Source: Octopus sinensis (taxonomy: Eukaryota). From it: 64,000 nucleotides of DNA. The stretch is taken from assembly GCF_006345805.1 (NCBI RefSeq), contig NC_042997.1, forward strand, positions 203,918,001 through 203,982,000. The letters run 5' to 3'. Position numbers and translations under genes: made by a program. The notes under the pieces are model-generated. The model saw only the letters and a list, made by a program, of their open reading frames with translations. It had not been told where the DNA came from and searched no databases. Every line of letters starts with the position of its first letter. Position 1 is the stretch's first letter. Shown here piece by piece: positions 26,769 through 39,687 of the stretch.

Positions 26769-26939
26769 CTTTGTTGGGATTATCTGACCAAAACAGAGGG
26801 ATTTAGAGGGACCAGGTGCCAAAAATAGACGACTGGTAAATTTTTAAAAATCTTGTAGAGATCTTATGTAAAAAAAAAGCTGCAAAGATTCAATGCTGCA
26901 AGAAATGCTGAGATTTTGTTTAGAGAAAATAATTCAGAC

Positions 26940-27000
26940 TCCTCAAAATGGCGGGAGTGATAAAGTAGGCAAGTGCGCATGTCAGTGATAAGGACTATCG
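26940..27000 (-). promoter_or_regulatory. Putative NTF2 core promoter / TSS region
   Basis: YY1-type CCGCCATTTTG (26954-26944 on -) and NRF1-like TGCGCATG (26974-26981), about 180 nt upstream of the ATG, in a repeat-poor, CpG-retaining segment. Confidence 0.6.
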
Positions 27001-28879
27001 AAAAAGCAGGATTTTAATTGGTTAATAGTCGCAGCTAACTTTGTCAACTGTTGAAAAGTTTTTTTCCTCTACTCTATTACAAAATATTGAATTAATTCTA
27101 TTGAAACCAAACACTTCAAGATTCGGAGATTAAAAAAAATATATTTTTAATGTAAAAATGTTTCTAGCTGAAAGTAAATTCTTCAAACTAAAAGTATTCA
27201 GTTTTTTTTTTTTAAATCTAAATATAATTATAATGCTACTTTTAGAAAATAAAGCATATAAAACTATAGTTTAATCTTATAACTGCTTATTATCACCATC
27301 TGAAATGAATCAAAGATAAATCCAACTTGCTAGTTAAATAACAAAAAAGTAAAAAATAAAATCGATGAAGTCCAAGAAAGACAACTCCGCTAACACCTAA
27401 CAAATGGTTTAACAATTAATGTTAATTGGTTTTTCGTAGTTACTAATTATTTACAAATCTGTTCAGTCATAAACAATATTAATTAAAACCACTATCTATT
27501 AATCTAATGGTTATTAATCATTTTAGGGATTATCTCTCCTGGATGAAATACCAGCCCTTAACCCCTTGACATCGTTTTCTTTTCTTCTCTACTGATGAGT
27601 ATATTTTGTGCCTTCAGATTTTCGGTATAAACAGTGCATCACGTGTATATATGTGTTGTTTTTTAACCTACACCAGCTCTAATTAGTGGACTTATGATGA
27701 AAACGTTTCTGCCCTGACCGTCTCGGCTGATTTCAGACGATGCATCCAGGACTAATTCATCCAATATTTTTTCTTGAAAATGGTAAGGTATGATTTGAGA
27801 GGAATTGCGTGGATTTCTTATACATTGACAGACTTATATACAGGCTTTTTCGTGCTTGTTTGTGTTCTTAATACGAATACGCTATAACAATTGTGTCCAA
27901 GAAAGCAACACCAATGTCTCTTTTTTATTCAAAGATGAACATGAGTCAAAACGTTAGATTATTGACTCATCAAAACAACTGCACGAACCGTAAATAGACT
28001 CGTGGTTACCAACTCAGGTCCACAGTATTTTGCTTGGTTTCTGTATTTTTACTGTTTTTTTTTGTTTTTTTTTTTTGTAATATGACAAGAATGCTAAACT
28101 AGAAAGACAGCAATTTATGTCGTTATGAGGACTAAAGATAACATTAGTTTCCAAAAACTTGAAACAATCTTCTGGGTTACAGCAAAGACTCTAAAGATCC
28201 TGCCAAGGAGACCTCATCATCATCACCATTTAATGCCCGTATTCCATGCTAGCATGCGTTGGAGGGTTTCACAGGATCCGGTGAACTAGAAGGCGGCACT
28301 ACACTCATATGTCAGCATTTATTTATTCATTTATCAGTTTCAGCTCAAAGCTTAGCCATGCTGGGGCGCCGCCTTTTTTTCTTGAAAACGTTGAAAATTG
28401 GTAAGGTTTTTACAGCTGGATGCTCTTCCTAACACCAGACACTTTATTGAGTATGCCGGGTGCTTTTTTTTTTGTACCAGTATTAGTGTGGTCACCAAAC
28501 TCTCAAGACAAGACTTCTTGACAGTGTGGGAGTGCAGTATTGAGGGAGGTAGGCCTTTGTACCATTGAAAGGCTAAAATATGATGGAGGGTCAAGCACAA
28601 GTGTCTAACTGTCGAGGAAATACACGGCTATCCAAGCAAGTAAGGGAGAAAGAATGGTGTCAGGGTGTGCCCTTAAGGTATAAGAAGGTGAACGAAGGAG
28701 AACAGAGACTGTGATAAACAGAAGCTGGTTCTGAACTTAGACACAATAGACACCTCACTGAACTTGCTGCTATTCATTATCTCTGTATTTGGGAGAGTCA
28801 TTATGGTGAAACAAAGTAGCATCTCTGAACATTGTCTGAAAGCCATTTGTTGACACCTAGTTTTTTATAGCACAATCAA

Positions 28880-29160
28880 CATGGTGCCCAGTCAGAAGCT
28901 TTCTCCAGATCAACAAATGCAAGATATGGCTTACATTTTGCTAAAATCTTCAGCTGTCTCACTATGATGAGGGCATCTCTGATGCTCTGTTCTGACTTAA
29001 AACCAAACTGCATCTCGTCTAAAACTAATTTTCTTTCTAATTAGTTGTGCAGTTTTGTTTCATGTCAGAACAGAGTTCCACAGATGTCCTCTTCCTAATG
29101 CTACAACTGGAGAAGCTCTTAGCGAAGGGTAAGCCACTATATTTTCCATTTGCTAACCTG
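28880..29160. mobile_element. Two RTE RT fragments in inverted, head-to-head orientation
   Basis: 28915-29003 is the diverged reverse complement of 29057-29151. Both correspond to the QFGF...LQEK.LAK.KPLY.AF segment. Confidence 0.7.
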
Positions 29161-29736
29161 CCATGCCTGCCTTGCTGGGTAGATCTTTAGTATTGGATAT
29201 CACCAATCACCTTGGTCCTTTATCCAGTGTGCTCTTCCACCTTTAAGGTGAGATGTGAGTTGAGGATATGGCTGCTATTTCTAGCAGGTTCAGTGTCTAT
29301 GTACAGCTGGGGTTTTCGACCATTTTTTACCTATGGAGCCCTTTGATTCCTATTTTACTTGGATGGACCCTCAGGGCTATTTGATGTTTAAAAAGTCCTG
29401 TTATATTTTATGATTAAATATTATTAAGAATTGTTAAAATATTCATAAATTTTAATGACAAAATATCTGAATCCCCAAGGGACATATTGAGAACCTCCAA
29501 CGTAAGGATTCACTCCTTGGTTTGTTTCTAATACATTTTGTCATATAAACCTGATCTAAACCTTTTGTCAAACTTAAACTGCAAGACTGTTAATGACAGT
29601 AACACTATCATGTGAATGTGTTAACAATGTCAGACAGGAATAAATGTCATGGTTGTTCTATTCAGATAACCAGTTGTTATTGTTGTGTTGTCCCAGATCA
29701 GCTTGTATCAAGTAAACCTATGTATATGGCTAAGTG

Positions 29737-30046
29737 TGGAGGTGCAATGGCCCAGTGGTTAGGGCAGCGGACTCATGGTCGGAGGATCGCGGTTTCAATT
29801 CCCAGACCGGGTGTTGTGTGTGTTTATTGAGCAAAAACACCTAAAGCTCCACGAGGCTCCTGCAGGGGGTGGTGGTGACCCCTGTTGTACTCTTTTGCCC
29901 CAACTTGTTCTCACCCTTTCTTCCTGTTTCTTGAGTAACGCTGCGATGGACTGGTGTCCTGTCCAGCTGAGGGGAACACAGAAACCAGGAAACTGGGCCC
30001 ATGAGCCTGGCTAGGTTTGAAAAGGGCGCATAAAAAAAAGAATTAA
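29737..30046 (+). mobile_element. tRNA-headed SINE, head D1 + tail X
   Basis: Head GGAGG(C/T)GCAATGGCCCAGTGGTTAGGGCAGCGG. 13-bp TSD atatggctaagtg at 29724-29736 and 30047-30059. Confidence 0.85.
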
Positions 30047-30465
30047 ATATGGCTAAGTGACTAGGCACCATCCAAAGCTCTGGATATGCCATACTTCTGC
30101 TTAGTTGAGGACCACTCTGCATGTTCGTTGTCATTGTTGCCACCGTCATTTAATGTCCATGTTCGATGTTGGCATGAGTTGGATGAATTGACAGGATCCA
30201 ACAAGACTGCAACATGCTCCAAGGTCAACTTTGACACGGTTACTATGGCTGGATGTCCTTCATAATACCAACCACTTTACAGTGTGTACTGTGTAGTTTT
30301 TTCATGCCACTGGTACAGGTGAGGTTCCATGTAGCTTGCAACCCTGAGAGAAGAAGCTTTATGCTAAGATGTGAAGAATTAAAGTATGAAGGAAGGGGCC
30401 AGAGCAGAACAAGTTTAAAACTGGTTCTCTGTTATTTTTAATTAAAACTGGTACTCTGTTGATTA

Positions 30466-30729
30466 CGTGGAGGCGCGTGGCTTAGTGGTTAGGGTGTCAG
30501 CATCATGATCGGAAGAATGTGATTTTGATTCCCGGACCAGGTGACGTGTTGTGTTCTTGAGCAAAACACTTTATTTCACGTTGCTCCAGTCCACTCAGCT
30601 GGCAAAAATGAGTAACGCTGCAATGCACTAGCATCCCGTCCAGCTGGGGAACACATACGCCATAGAAACCGGGAAACCAGGCCCATGAGCCTGACTAGGC
30701 TTTAAAAGGGCGCATTTATTTATTATTTT
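30466..30729 (+). mobile_element. tRNA-headed SINE, head D2 + tail X
   Basis: 14-bp TSD tactct(g/c)ttgatta at 30452-30465 and 30730-30743. Confidence 0.8.
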
Positions 30730-30744
30730 TACTCTCTTGATTAT

Positions 30745-31020
30745 GACAATGAGGATTCCAGGTGATCTGATTAACAGAACAGCCTGCTAGTGAAATCAAC
30801 ATGCAAGTGGCTGAGTACTCCACAGACATTCATACACTTAACATAATTCTCAGGGAGATTCAGCATGATACAGAATGTAACAAGGCTGACCCTTTGAATT
30901 ACTGGTACAATTCATTTTTGCTAGATGAGTGGACTGAAGCAATGTGAAATAAAGTAGCTTGCTCAAGGACAATGGACCAAAACTCACAACTGAGAACTGA
31001 ACACCCTAATCACTAACCTT
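30745..31020 (-). mobile_element. Decayed SINE, head D2 + tail Y
   Basis: The reverse complement shares its body with the 30466 copy and its tail with the 41977 and 51351 copies. Confidence 0.7.
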
Positions 31021-31569
31021 GACAGAACAGGTTTATTGCTGTAGTGGAGCCATATAGCTAGTCACATTTTGGTGGTTGGGGTGCATCTGGGAAGAGATAA
31101 AAGAGGTATTTGTCGTATGGTGATAAAAGAGGTATTTGTCAACTCTCAAAGGACGAGGTGAGTAAAAGTAAATGTGGGTAGAACTGGGAATATGGGAGGG
31201 TAGAGACAGCAAGAGTCTATGGGAGAGTGAGAGATGGGGAATGGATGAGGAGATGGGTATAATGAACAAATGTTGAGTGGATGATAAATAGGAAAGAGTA
31301 GGTGACAACAGAGCTTGGATAAGGTTGAGGGGTGAATGGTGTAATGTCAGTCTGGGCATGTAGTTTTTTCCCTCTTTCCAGTTTATTTCTCGTATGTTGG
31401 TAGATACTTGTTGTGGCCACAGTAGACCCGGATCAAGTGTATTTACTCCTAATGTGACTGTTGTTATTAATCTGTCCCTATCATTCAGTGGGCACATCAT
31501 GACACAGTGTTTAGGACAAACCACACTAATGATGGGCAAGGGTATAGGACATGGATCGCCCCCTACCTT

Positions 31570-32210
31570 TCAGTTTTCTTTTTTTCCTACCAAAACTCAC
31601 CTTTTCGATTGCAAATATTCTGAATCTGCAAAAAAAAATCGGTATTTAAAAACTTTAACACTTCCCCCCCACCAATTTTTCACATTTCTTAGAAATTTTT
31701 TTTTGGGCAAAATATGTAGAAAATTATGATTCTGATAAAAAAAATTGTAAATTTTCAATTTTTCAAAAAAAATGAATAATAAACACCCCTCCCCTCCTAC
31801 TAAAATAGCAGACGTAAAAAGTATTTAAACAGAAAACTCGACATGCTAGAAACAGCAGCTAAACGACGAATCACGTATTCAAAATTTTAATTTCCCCCAC
31901 CCCCTTTTTTTCTTTGCCAGAGGGGTGGAGAGGGGGAAAATTAAAATTTTGCAAACGTGTTTTTGGGGTTTTCAAAATCTTCAATTTTTAAGTGCGCTCC
32001 AACTGGAAAGTCCGACAAGCTAGAAACAACAGCTAAACCGAAGATCTTTCTAAATACGAATTACCAAAAAGAAAATATTTTCTAAAATGACATTTTGTTG
32101 TGTGTGTGTGCAAAAAATGTAATTTTTGAAATGCCGATTTTTTTTTTTTTGCAGATTTGGAATCTTCGCAGTCGAAAATGTGGGTTTCTGTAGAAAAAAA
32201 CAAAAAAGAA
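31570..32210. mobile_element. Fold-back / long-TIR non-autonomous DNA element
   Basis: About 31575-31650 (ttttcgattgcaaatattctgaatctgcaaaaaaaaatcggtattt) is the reverse complement of about 32125-32205. Confidence 0.6.
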
Positions 32211-33123
32211 AACCTCCACCCTAATGACGATAATTAGTCAAAACTGGCAAAATCCATGATGGATTGAATGTACTATTTGTATATTAATCTTTGTGTTGAC
32301 CAAATGTGGTCGACTTTGCCTTTCATCCTTTCGGGAATCGATTAAATAAGTACCAGTTACGCACAGGGGTCGATATGATCGACTTAATCCGTTTGTCTGT
32401 TCTTGTTTGTCCCCTCTGTGTGTAGCCCCTTGTGGGTAGTAAAGAAATAGGTTTTTATGTGGCTGATGAGGGAATTGGTATACTGAAGCAGCTGTGAATG
32501 AGGATGACCAATAAGATGTGGCTGTCATTTCGTCTTTATATGAGGCTGTATACATGCTTTGATGAGATGTTGGAGATGTCCTCTAGATACAGAATTAAAA
32601 AAATGAGTGGGACAAATGACTTGGAGGAATTGAAGATTTTTTATGTGTTTTTGTTCTATACTACGCAGGTTTGTAAACTTGAGCAATTTCAGATGCTTAG
32701 TTAAGTAGGAGACAGGCTAAAATGCTTAAGGTAATGAGTTTCCACCCACCTCATTCTATTGTAATAAACTAAAATGATATTCATATTGAAAAGATGAATT
32801 GTTGAGAATTCTTGTTAAAGGGAGACAACTTTGAAATTCAAATTGTAAAAAATTGAATGCAGTATAATTTCAAGCTAACTTTTTGTCATTTTGTGGTTGC
32901 TCATAATGCTAGAGATAGGAGTCAAAAATTTACTAAACTCCACTCAACCATTAAGAAAAAAAAAATGATGAATTTACTGGATAACTTAGCTCTAAATATA
33001 ATGGTTTTGTTGAATTGATGTGGTTTTCCTCTTCTTTGTTTCGCTTCTATTTTTTAACCCAGTTTTGGATTTGGATTTTTAATGTTGTTTGGTATTATAT
33101 ATGTATCATTTACATATGTGTTA

Positions 33124-33508
33124 TCTCTCTCTATATAAACGGCAGTTTGTCTGTGCGTGTTTCTGTGTGTCTGTTTGCTTGTACCCTCACCCTGACCACG
33201 GCTTTCAACCGATTCTGATGAAACTTGACACACACATAGCCCAATGTCATAATTCAAAACTAACGCAGCGAAAATTTTGAAAAGTTCCCCCAGTTCTGAA
33301 AAAAAATCGATAAATTCGACATGGGGTCGAGAATCAGGAATACGAACCACAAACTGTCTAGGGGACGCAACTCTACCTTTTTTAAATCTCAAAAAAAATT
33401 TACCATCATTTTTTCCCATTTTTTTGCTATTTTTTGGCTATAACTCTCTAAAAATGCTTTATAGTTATTTCCCTTACAAACCTGAGCAACGCCGGGCGAT
33501 ACTGCTAG
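33124..33508 (+). mobile_element. Non-autonomous Helitron-like element
   Basis: 5' TC followed by (GTCT/GT)-rich sequence. 3' GC-rich hairpin CCTGAGCAACGCCGGG, then CTAG. Inserted between A and T with no TSD. Confidence 0.8.
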
Positions 33509-34413
33509 TATTCCAATAAAAGTCAACTAAGGATATTGGTTCCAAATTTTAGCATAAGGCCAGTATTTTGGGGGGAGGTGGTAAGTCGATTACTCCGACC
33601 CCGGTGCTCAACCGGTATGTATTTTATCAACCTCAAAAGGATAAAAAGCAAAGTCGACTTCAGCAGAATTTGAACACAGAATGCAAAGATGAAATGCTGC
33701 TGAGCATTTTGTCCAGTGTAATAATGATTCTGCCAGCTCGCTAGATATAATATGCCAGAAAAAAGGAAGGAATGATTACAAGAAAGCTGACTTCCTAAAG
33801 CCACCAACTGTAGGTTAATACTGGTGGTGTTGTTGTTAAAGTCATCTCTTATTGAACAGATATACGTAGGGGCAGTCATGTTGGGATCTATCCAGTGGAT
33901 AGATCCCTACATGACTCAGTACTTCATCATCGTCACCAACATCATAATTTAACATCTGTTTTCTATGCTGGCATGGGTTGATTGGTTTGACAGGGGCTGA
34001 TAAGGCATAGGTGTGGCTGTGTGAAAGATGTTTGCTTTCCAACCACATGCTCTGTGGTTCAGTCCCACTGCATGGTGCTTTGGGCAAGTGTCTATTACTA
34101 TAGCCTTGTGGGTGGATTTGCTAGACAGAAACTAAAGGAAGCCCATCATGTGTGCATATATATATATATAATCATTGGCATTGTTAATGTCCGTTTCCAT
34201 GCTGGCATGGGTTGGACGGTTTGACTGAGGGCTGGTGAGCCAGAAGGCTGCACCAGGTTTACTCTGATCTGGCAGAGTTTCTACAGCTGGATGCCCTTCC
34301 TAAAGCCAACCACTCCAAGAGGGCAGTGGGTGTTTTTACATGCCACCAGCATGAGGGCCAGTCAGGTGGTTCTGGCAACGACCACACTCAAAAGGTGTTT
34401 TTTACGTGCTACC

Positions 34414-34449
<36 letters not shown>

Positions 34450-34451
<2 letters not shown>

Positions 34452-34851
34452 TGAAAAATGTATAAACAAATGACGTAACGTATACTGGTAATAAAGATGA
34501 ACAGGAGACAAACAGAAAGTCCGTAATTCTTCATCAGTTATCAACCAATTGGTAATATTCAGTTCCACACCTTTAACGATAAGACTGAGTGCTTCCCAAG
34601 GTACAAAACTGCATATTACAAATTGGTCGATAACTGACGAAGAATTACAGACCTTCTGTTTGTCTCCCATTTGTTTTTACATTCAGTATACATTGTCATT
34701 TGTTTATACATTTTCTCATCAAGTAATGGAATGCAACACACACACTGAGCCATGCTCGATTGCTAAATCCAGAAGTTCTTTTTTTTTATTCTCTCTGTTT
34801 CTTTCCTCATATTCCTTTCTGTTGAAGAGCATAGGTTCGAAACGTAAAGGA
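34450..34851. mobile_element. Penelope-like-derived fold-back element plus adjacent degenerate hammerhead
   Basis: Inverted arms 34450-34565 and 34607-34720 each carry CTGA(C/T)GAAG. TCCTTT-CTGTTGA-AGAGC ATAG GTTC-GAAAC-GTA-AAGGA lies at 34813-34851. Confidence 0.55.
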
Positions 34852-35248
34852 CTTTCTCACTTTCCTGTGTGTCAAACTAATACACCTGCTTGTTGTTCAT
34901 ACACCTGTCTTCATCTTTTCTTTTTCTGTAAATTTCAACTACACATACATACACACACACATACATATGCATGCATGTATATGTGTTAGTTCTGTACTCC
35001 ATTCTTGACAACCAGTGTTGGTGTGTTCACATCCCTGTAACTTAGCAGTTTGACAAAAGTGACTGATAGAATAAATACCAGGCTTTAAAGATAAAAATAC
35101 TGAGGTCTATTCATTCAGTTAAAATTCTTCAAGCCAATGCCCCAACATGGCCACAATCTAATGACTGAAACAAGTGAAAGATATAAGGTTAAAGATACAT
35201 GCGTAAAAGCTACATGTGAAGCCTCCATCTGGAAGCTATAGTACAAGA

Positions 35249-35468
35249 AGGCGGCGAGCTGGCAGAAACGTTAGCATGCCGGGCGAAATGCTCAGCAGTA
35301 TTTCGTCTGTTGCTACGTTCTGAGTTCAAATTCTGCTGAGGTCGACTTTGACTTTCATCCTTTTGGGATCGATTAAATAAGTACCAGTTACGCACTGGGT
35401 CGATATAATCAACTTAATCCGTTTGTCCTCTCTGTGTTTAGCCTCTTGTGGGTAGTAAAGAAATAGGC
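35249..35468 (+). mobile_element. tRNA-headed SINE family C (MetaSINE-like TTTCATCCTTTCGGGGTCGATAAA..AGTACC segment); representative copy
   Basis: B-box GAGTTCAAATTC. Other copies at about 14595-14810(+), 19730-19930(-), 32310-32452(+), 33535-33740(-), 36315-36480(-) and 45380-45890(+). Confidence 0.8.
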
Positions 35469-35659
35469 TATGGTACAAGATGTTTATTTGCCCGGGGTGT
35501 CTTCTTGTCACTTGTTCAACTGTGGAGAAATATTACCTTGCTTGTATGCTTTGAAGTAGGTGAGAGTTGGCAACAAGAAGGGCATTCACCCGCAGAAAAT
35601 CTGCCTTAATGAGTTCCATCTAATCTATGCAAGCATGAGGAAGTGAGCATTTATATGAT

Positions 35660-36110
35660 GATAATAATAATAATAATAATAATAATGAAATTATTGTATA
35701 CAGTGCTCAGGTGCACCACAACTTGTCAAAAGTGCGTATAAAGCATCTGCAGTAATGTACAAATGTCTGGAAAGTGAACAGTGTATGAGTCAGATACATG
35801 CTTGCGTGTGTATGGAGGAGAGAAAATCAGGTGTAGTGTTGGCGAATCTCAGGAAGCATGGAAGTTTTGAAGGATGCAATGCTCCGACAACTAACAACTG
35901 ATGCTGGCAGTTTGTTCCATGCTTCAGCAACTCTTAGCGTGAAAAAATGTTTCCGAAAGTCATGGGAGCTGTGCTGTTTTCTGACTTAGTAAACATGTCC
36001 ACGGGTGTTAGACAGGTAGAGTTTGAAAAGGTGCTCAGAGTTATTGTTTGTAAGATGGTTAATAATTTTATGGGTGTCTGCCAAGTCAGCTGCCAGACGT
36101 CGGAGTTTCA
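35660..36110 (-). mobile_element. CR1 LINE 3' fragment (related to the 54690-57300 element)
   Basis: The reverse complement matches 56950-57290 (HDFRKHFFTLRVAEAWNKLPAS and the 3' UTR gcacctgagcactgta). (ATT)n tail. Confidence 0.85.
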
Positions 36111-37317
36111 TGATGACAATGAACATTGATTACGTTTGAATGGAGTTTCATTTTGAGCATTTCATTATCAGTGATTAGTAGTGTATGTTCATGCAGCCTC
36201 TGCTGACACAAAAGGCAGAAGGAATGTTCTTTTTTATCTAGTCCAGACAATACTTACACAGCCCTTACAAACCAAACAGGACTGGTATGGTCAATGTTCA
36301 GCTGAAATATTGATTTCAAATTTTGGCACAAGGCCAGCAATTTCGGAGGAGGGAGTAAGTTGATTAGATCGACCCCAGTGTTCAACTGGTACTTATTTTA
36401 TCAACTCCCGAAAAGGATGAACGGCAAAGTCAACCTTGGTGGCATTTTAACTCAGAATTTTAACTTAGCATGCTAACAGTTCTGAAATATCGAGGAAAAT
36501 TATAGACATTACAAATTATGTTAACTTAATCAAGTGAAGATCATCATCATTTTATATTTTTTCCATCCTTGCATGATTGGAATGAGTGATGAAGTAAGGA
36601 GCTGTACCTGTGACATTTGAAGGGGCTTTGAAGTACCCAAGATATTAGCAGGGTCTTCAGGCTGATAATATTGATGTAACATTTCTTAGAGATGTTCTTT
36701 TTGAATCATCATCATCATCATTTAACGTCCGCTTTCCATGCTAGCATGGGTTGGACGATTTTGACTGAGGGTTGGCGAACCAGAAGGCTGCACCAGGCTC
36801 CAATCTGATCTGGCAGTTTCTACAGCTGGATGCCCTTCCTAATGCCAACCACTCCGAGAGTGTAGTGGGTGCTTTTTATGTGCCACTGGCACGGGGCCTC
36901 TTTACACATGCCACCGGCACAGGTGCCAGTAAGGCGACGTTGGTAATGATCACGCTCGAATGGTGCTCTTTGCACCCCGCTAGCACGGATGCCAGTCATC
37001 GAATTTGATTTTGATTTCACTTGAATACCTGTAGGAAAAACTTTCATTGAAAGGGAATTCCAGATGTTTGACATATAGGGGAAGAAGGATTGAGTATGGT
37101 GATTAATGGCTGTAAGAGTGGGGGTGGGGACACAGTTGATGAGAAGAAAAAGTGTTTAAAGTGGTGGTGGTCGGGCAGTATGAAATAAACTCTGAGGACA
37201 AGGAGGTTATTGTAGCTTGAGAATGAAGTGACATTGTCTCTGTTGGTCAGGCTGTGTAATGTATTAGTATGTGAATCCTTTATCTCAGTAGCTTTCTCTT
37301 GAATACAATAATACAAT

Positions 37318-38261
37318 GATTTGGAACGGCACAAAAGTACCATTCCAAACATCTATCTATATACGATGTGTGTGTGCTCACCAATTTGTTTTTTCCACAT
37401 TAAATTCCAATATAATCGTAATCTACATCAACCAAAGAATATTTATAGAAAATTTTTCTTAGAGTTATGAGGAAACAACGTTGAGGCATGGAGTACACTC
37501 GTGTAAGTATGCTGAAATGGGAAACTCATAAAAGTATCGAAAGAAAAGTAGTGGCCTTGATTGGACACAAGAGGGATCTTTAAGGTTTGACTGGCAGTTT
37601 TTTTTTAATAATTTCCACATAACTAAACACTTTTAAACTTCATATAATGGTAGAATGTGTTTATAAAACATCTTTTTCTTTTGGCTTTATTGAGAAAATT
37701 CTATAGTTTGTAAGATATTTGTTGTTGTTTTTTCTTCAATTTCTGCAATTTCAACCAATCAATGACGTCTATTGAGGTGAAAATATTCTGTGCTGTATGA
37801 ATATGTCCCTCGTTTAAGAAACAGATTGGGTTTATTTACATTTCTGAAGAAAAAAAGATACCCTTCCCCCACCCCTAACCCTAAAACAGATTGAAATGCA
37901 ATAGATCGATACTAGGGTCATAATTATGGGTGACAATTTCATATGACACCGCTAGAAAAACTGCCGTTCAAACAGAAAGGATCCCAGATTTGGAACGGCA
38001 CAAAAGTACCATTCCAAATATCCATCTATATATGATGTGTATGTGCTCAACAATTTTTTTCCACGTTAAATATCAATATAATCGTAATCTATATCAACCA
38101 AAGAATATTTATAGAAAATTTCATTAAAAAATACCCGTTTTTCTGAGAGTTATGAGGAAACAACGTTGAGGCATGGAGTACACTCGTGTAAGTAAGCTGA
38201 AATGGGAATCTCATAAAAGAATCGAAAGAAAAGAAGTAGTGGCCTTGATTGGACCGGAGAG
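37318..38261 (+). repeat. ~255-bp direct duplication flanking the MITE
   Basis: 37318-37573 aligns to 37987-38261 with scattered substitutions and one ~20-bp indel. Confidence 0.9.
37574..37984. mobile_element. GGATC-terminated MITE (Merlin-like, 8-bp-TSD family), full length
   Basis: TIR GGATCTTT..GGTTTGA..GGCAG / CTGCCGTTCAAAC.GAAAGGATCC. Same family as the 43378, 45646 and 57718 copies. Confidence 0.85.
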
Positions 38262-39454
38262 AAAATGAGAGATGGCTGTCTATAAAATGTCATCAGCAAA
38301 CTTTTCATTATCAATGTTGCCGATGCAACCCAGTAACTGTCCAGAATCCCAGTGTTTAACTACTGTGAAAGAATAATAAAGTAATTGAAGGCTGAAGGGA
38401 AAAGGGTTAGATGAATGAGAAGGAAAGAAATGGAGTTTGGGTGTAGAATGTGAAAAAACAATCTTTGAATTTACTTTCATTTTCATGATACTTTTTTTTT
38501 ACTATATTGTATCAGGGCCGTTATTTTTCTTTTTCTTTCTTCTTTTTCCACCTCTTCAAATTATCCTTTCCTTATTTTCTTTTCAAATCGATACTAACGG
38601 TTTCATCGCCGAAATTTCTATTCCGTTTTTTTTTGTATAAAGGAACGGAAACATGATTCACAACGGACGCTCATAAAATTAAAAGAAAAAAGAAAACCGA
38701 AAGCAAACGTGCTCTTGTACAGAAGTAAATTAAAAATAAAAACAGAATCCAGGCCCGAACAGCAAATAAAAATCAAAACCACAACGTACTTCCTAGTAAA
38801 ATTGATGTGATAAAAAACTAAAGCACGAAGAATAAAAGTGTTGACTAGACGTGGAAAAGCAGACATATAGAGAAAGAAAGAGATGGGGGAAAGAACAGTA
38901 ATATGAAGAAGGGAAGAAGAGATAGAGAGAGATATTCCATTTCCTATGCTCACTGGTGTTACAAGATCTAAATGTAAAGAGAGCTCACAAACCGAAAAGT
39001 GAGACATTGAAATAAGATCTTGGTTTGTTATTGTGAATATCGAGGAAAATGAGTCAACAAACGGTGGTGCTTTACCGTTATCTAATAGGTTGTAAAATCT
39101 TCATGAATGTAAGTATGCATGAAGAATAGTGGTCTTGCTTCACAGTTTATGTCTAAAAATATTTTTTGTTTGGCAGGATTACAAGAAAATAAGATGGTAA
39201 ATTGAACAGAAAAGATAATGAAATGTGAGTACAATGAACTGTTTCAGTCCGTCTAATGTGGGACACCCAATAACATAATTATATCCAAGTTTACCTCGGA
39301 TCAAATTGCGAAGAGATTGCTCGTGCCAAGCTGTTGAATTCTAACGTGAACATTATACACATCACAGCATCTCAACAAATGTTCAAATATATTCTAGACG
39401 TTTACCTACTTGCAGAAATTTAGAATATTTTGACAGACCAACGAATGAGCTCCT

Positions 39455-39612
39455 ATACGGTTTCCTGACCTGCTAGAAACAGTAGCAAAAGCTTTCAAAT
39501 CACTTCCATTACCTTAAAAGAGGTGAATTATTGTAGTTTCTCATGTGTAAGAATAAAAGATGGTCACAGCTAAAACACCTTTGTCCGGAGCTGATCTAAG
39601 GGTGAACAACAA
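39455..39612 (+). mobile_element. Old interspersed repeat family E (GACCTGCTAGAAATAGCAGCCAAAT...GGGCTAAACAAC); representative copy
   Basis: Diverged copies also at about 2775-2960(-), 12180-12400(-), 27640-27850(-) and 59440-59630(+). Confidence 0.6.
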
Positions 39613-39655
39613 AATTATCCTGAGAATCTCTGTCATGCAATTTTAATTATTATTA

Positions 39656-39687
<32 letters not shown>

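Noticed and set aside
26505-26822. 105-aa ORF as a complete gene
   Set aside because: Only 26768-26661 resembles NTF2. The upstream part starts at a non-ATG codon and the remainder reads into the intron past a GTAAGT donor.
37866-37886. Telomeric CCCTAA repeats
   Set aside because: Only two units are present, and they are an internal part of the GGATC MITE (also at about 57820).
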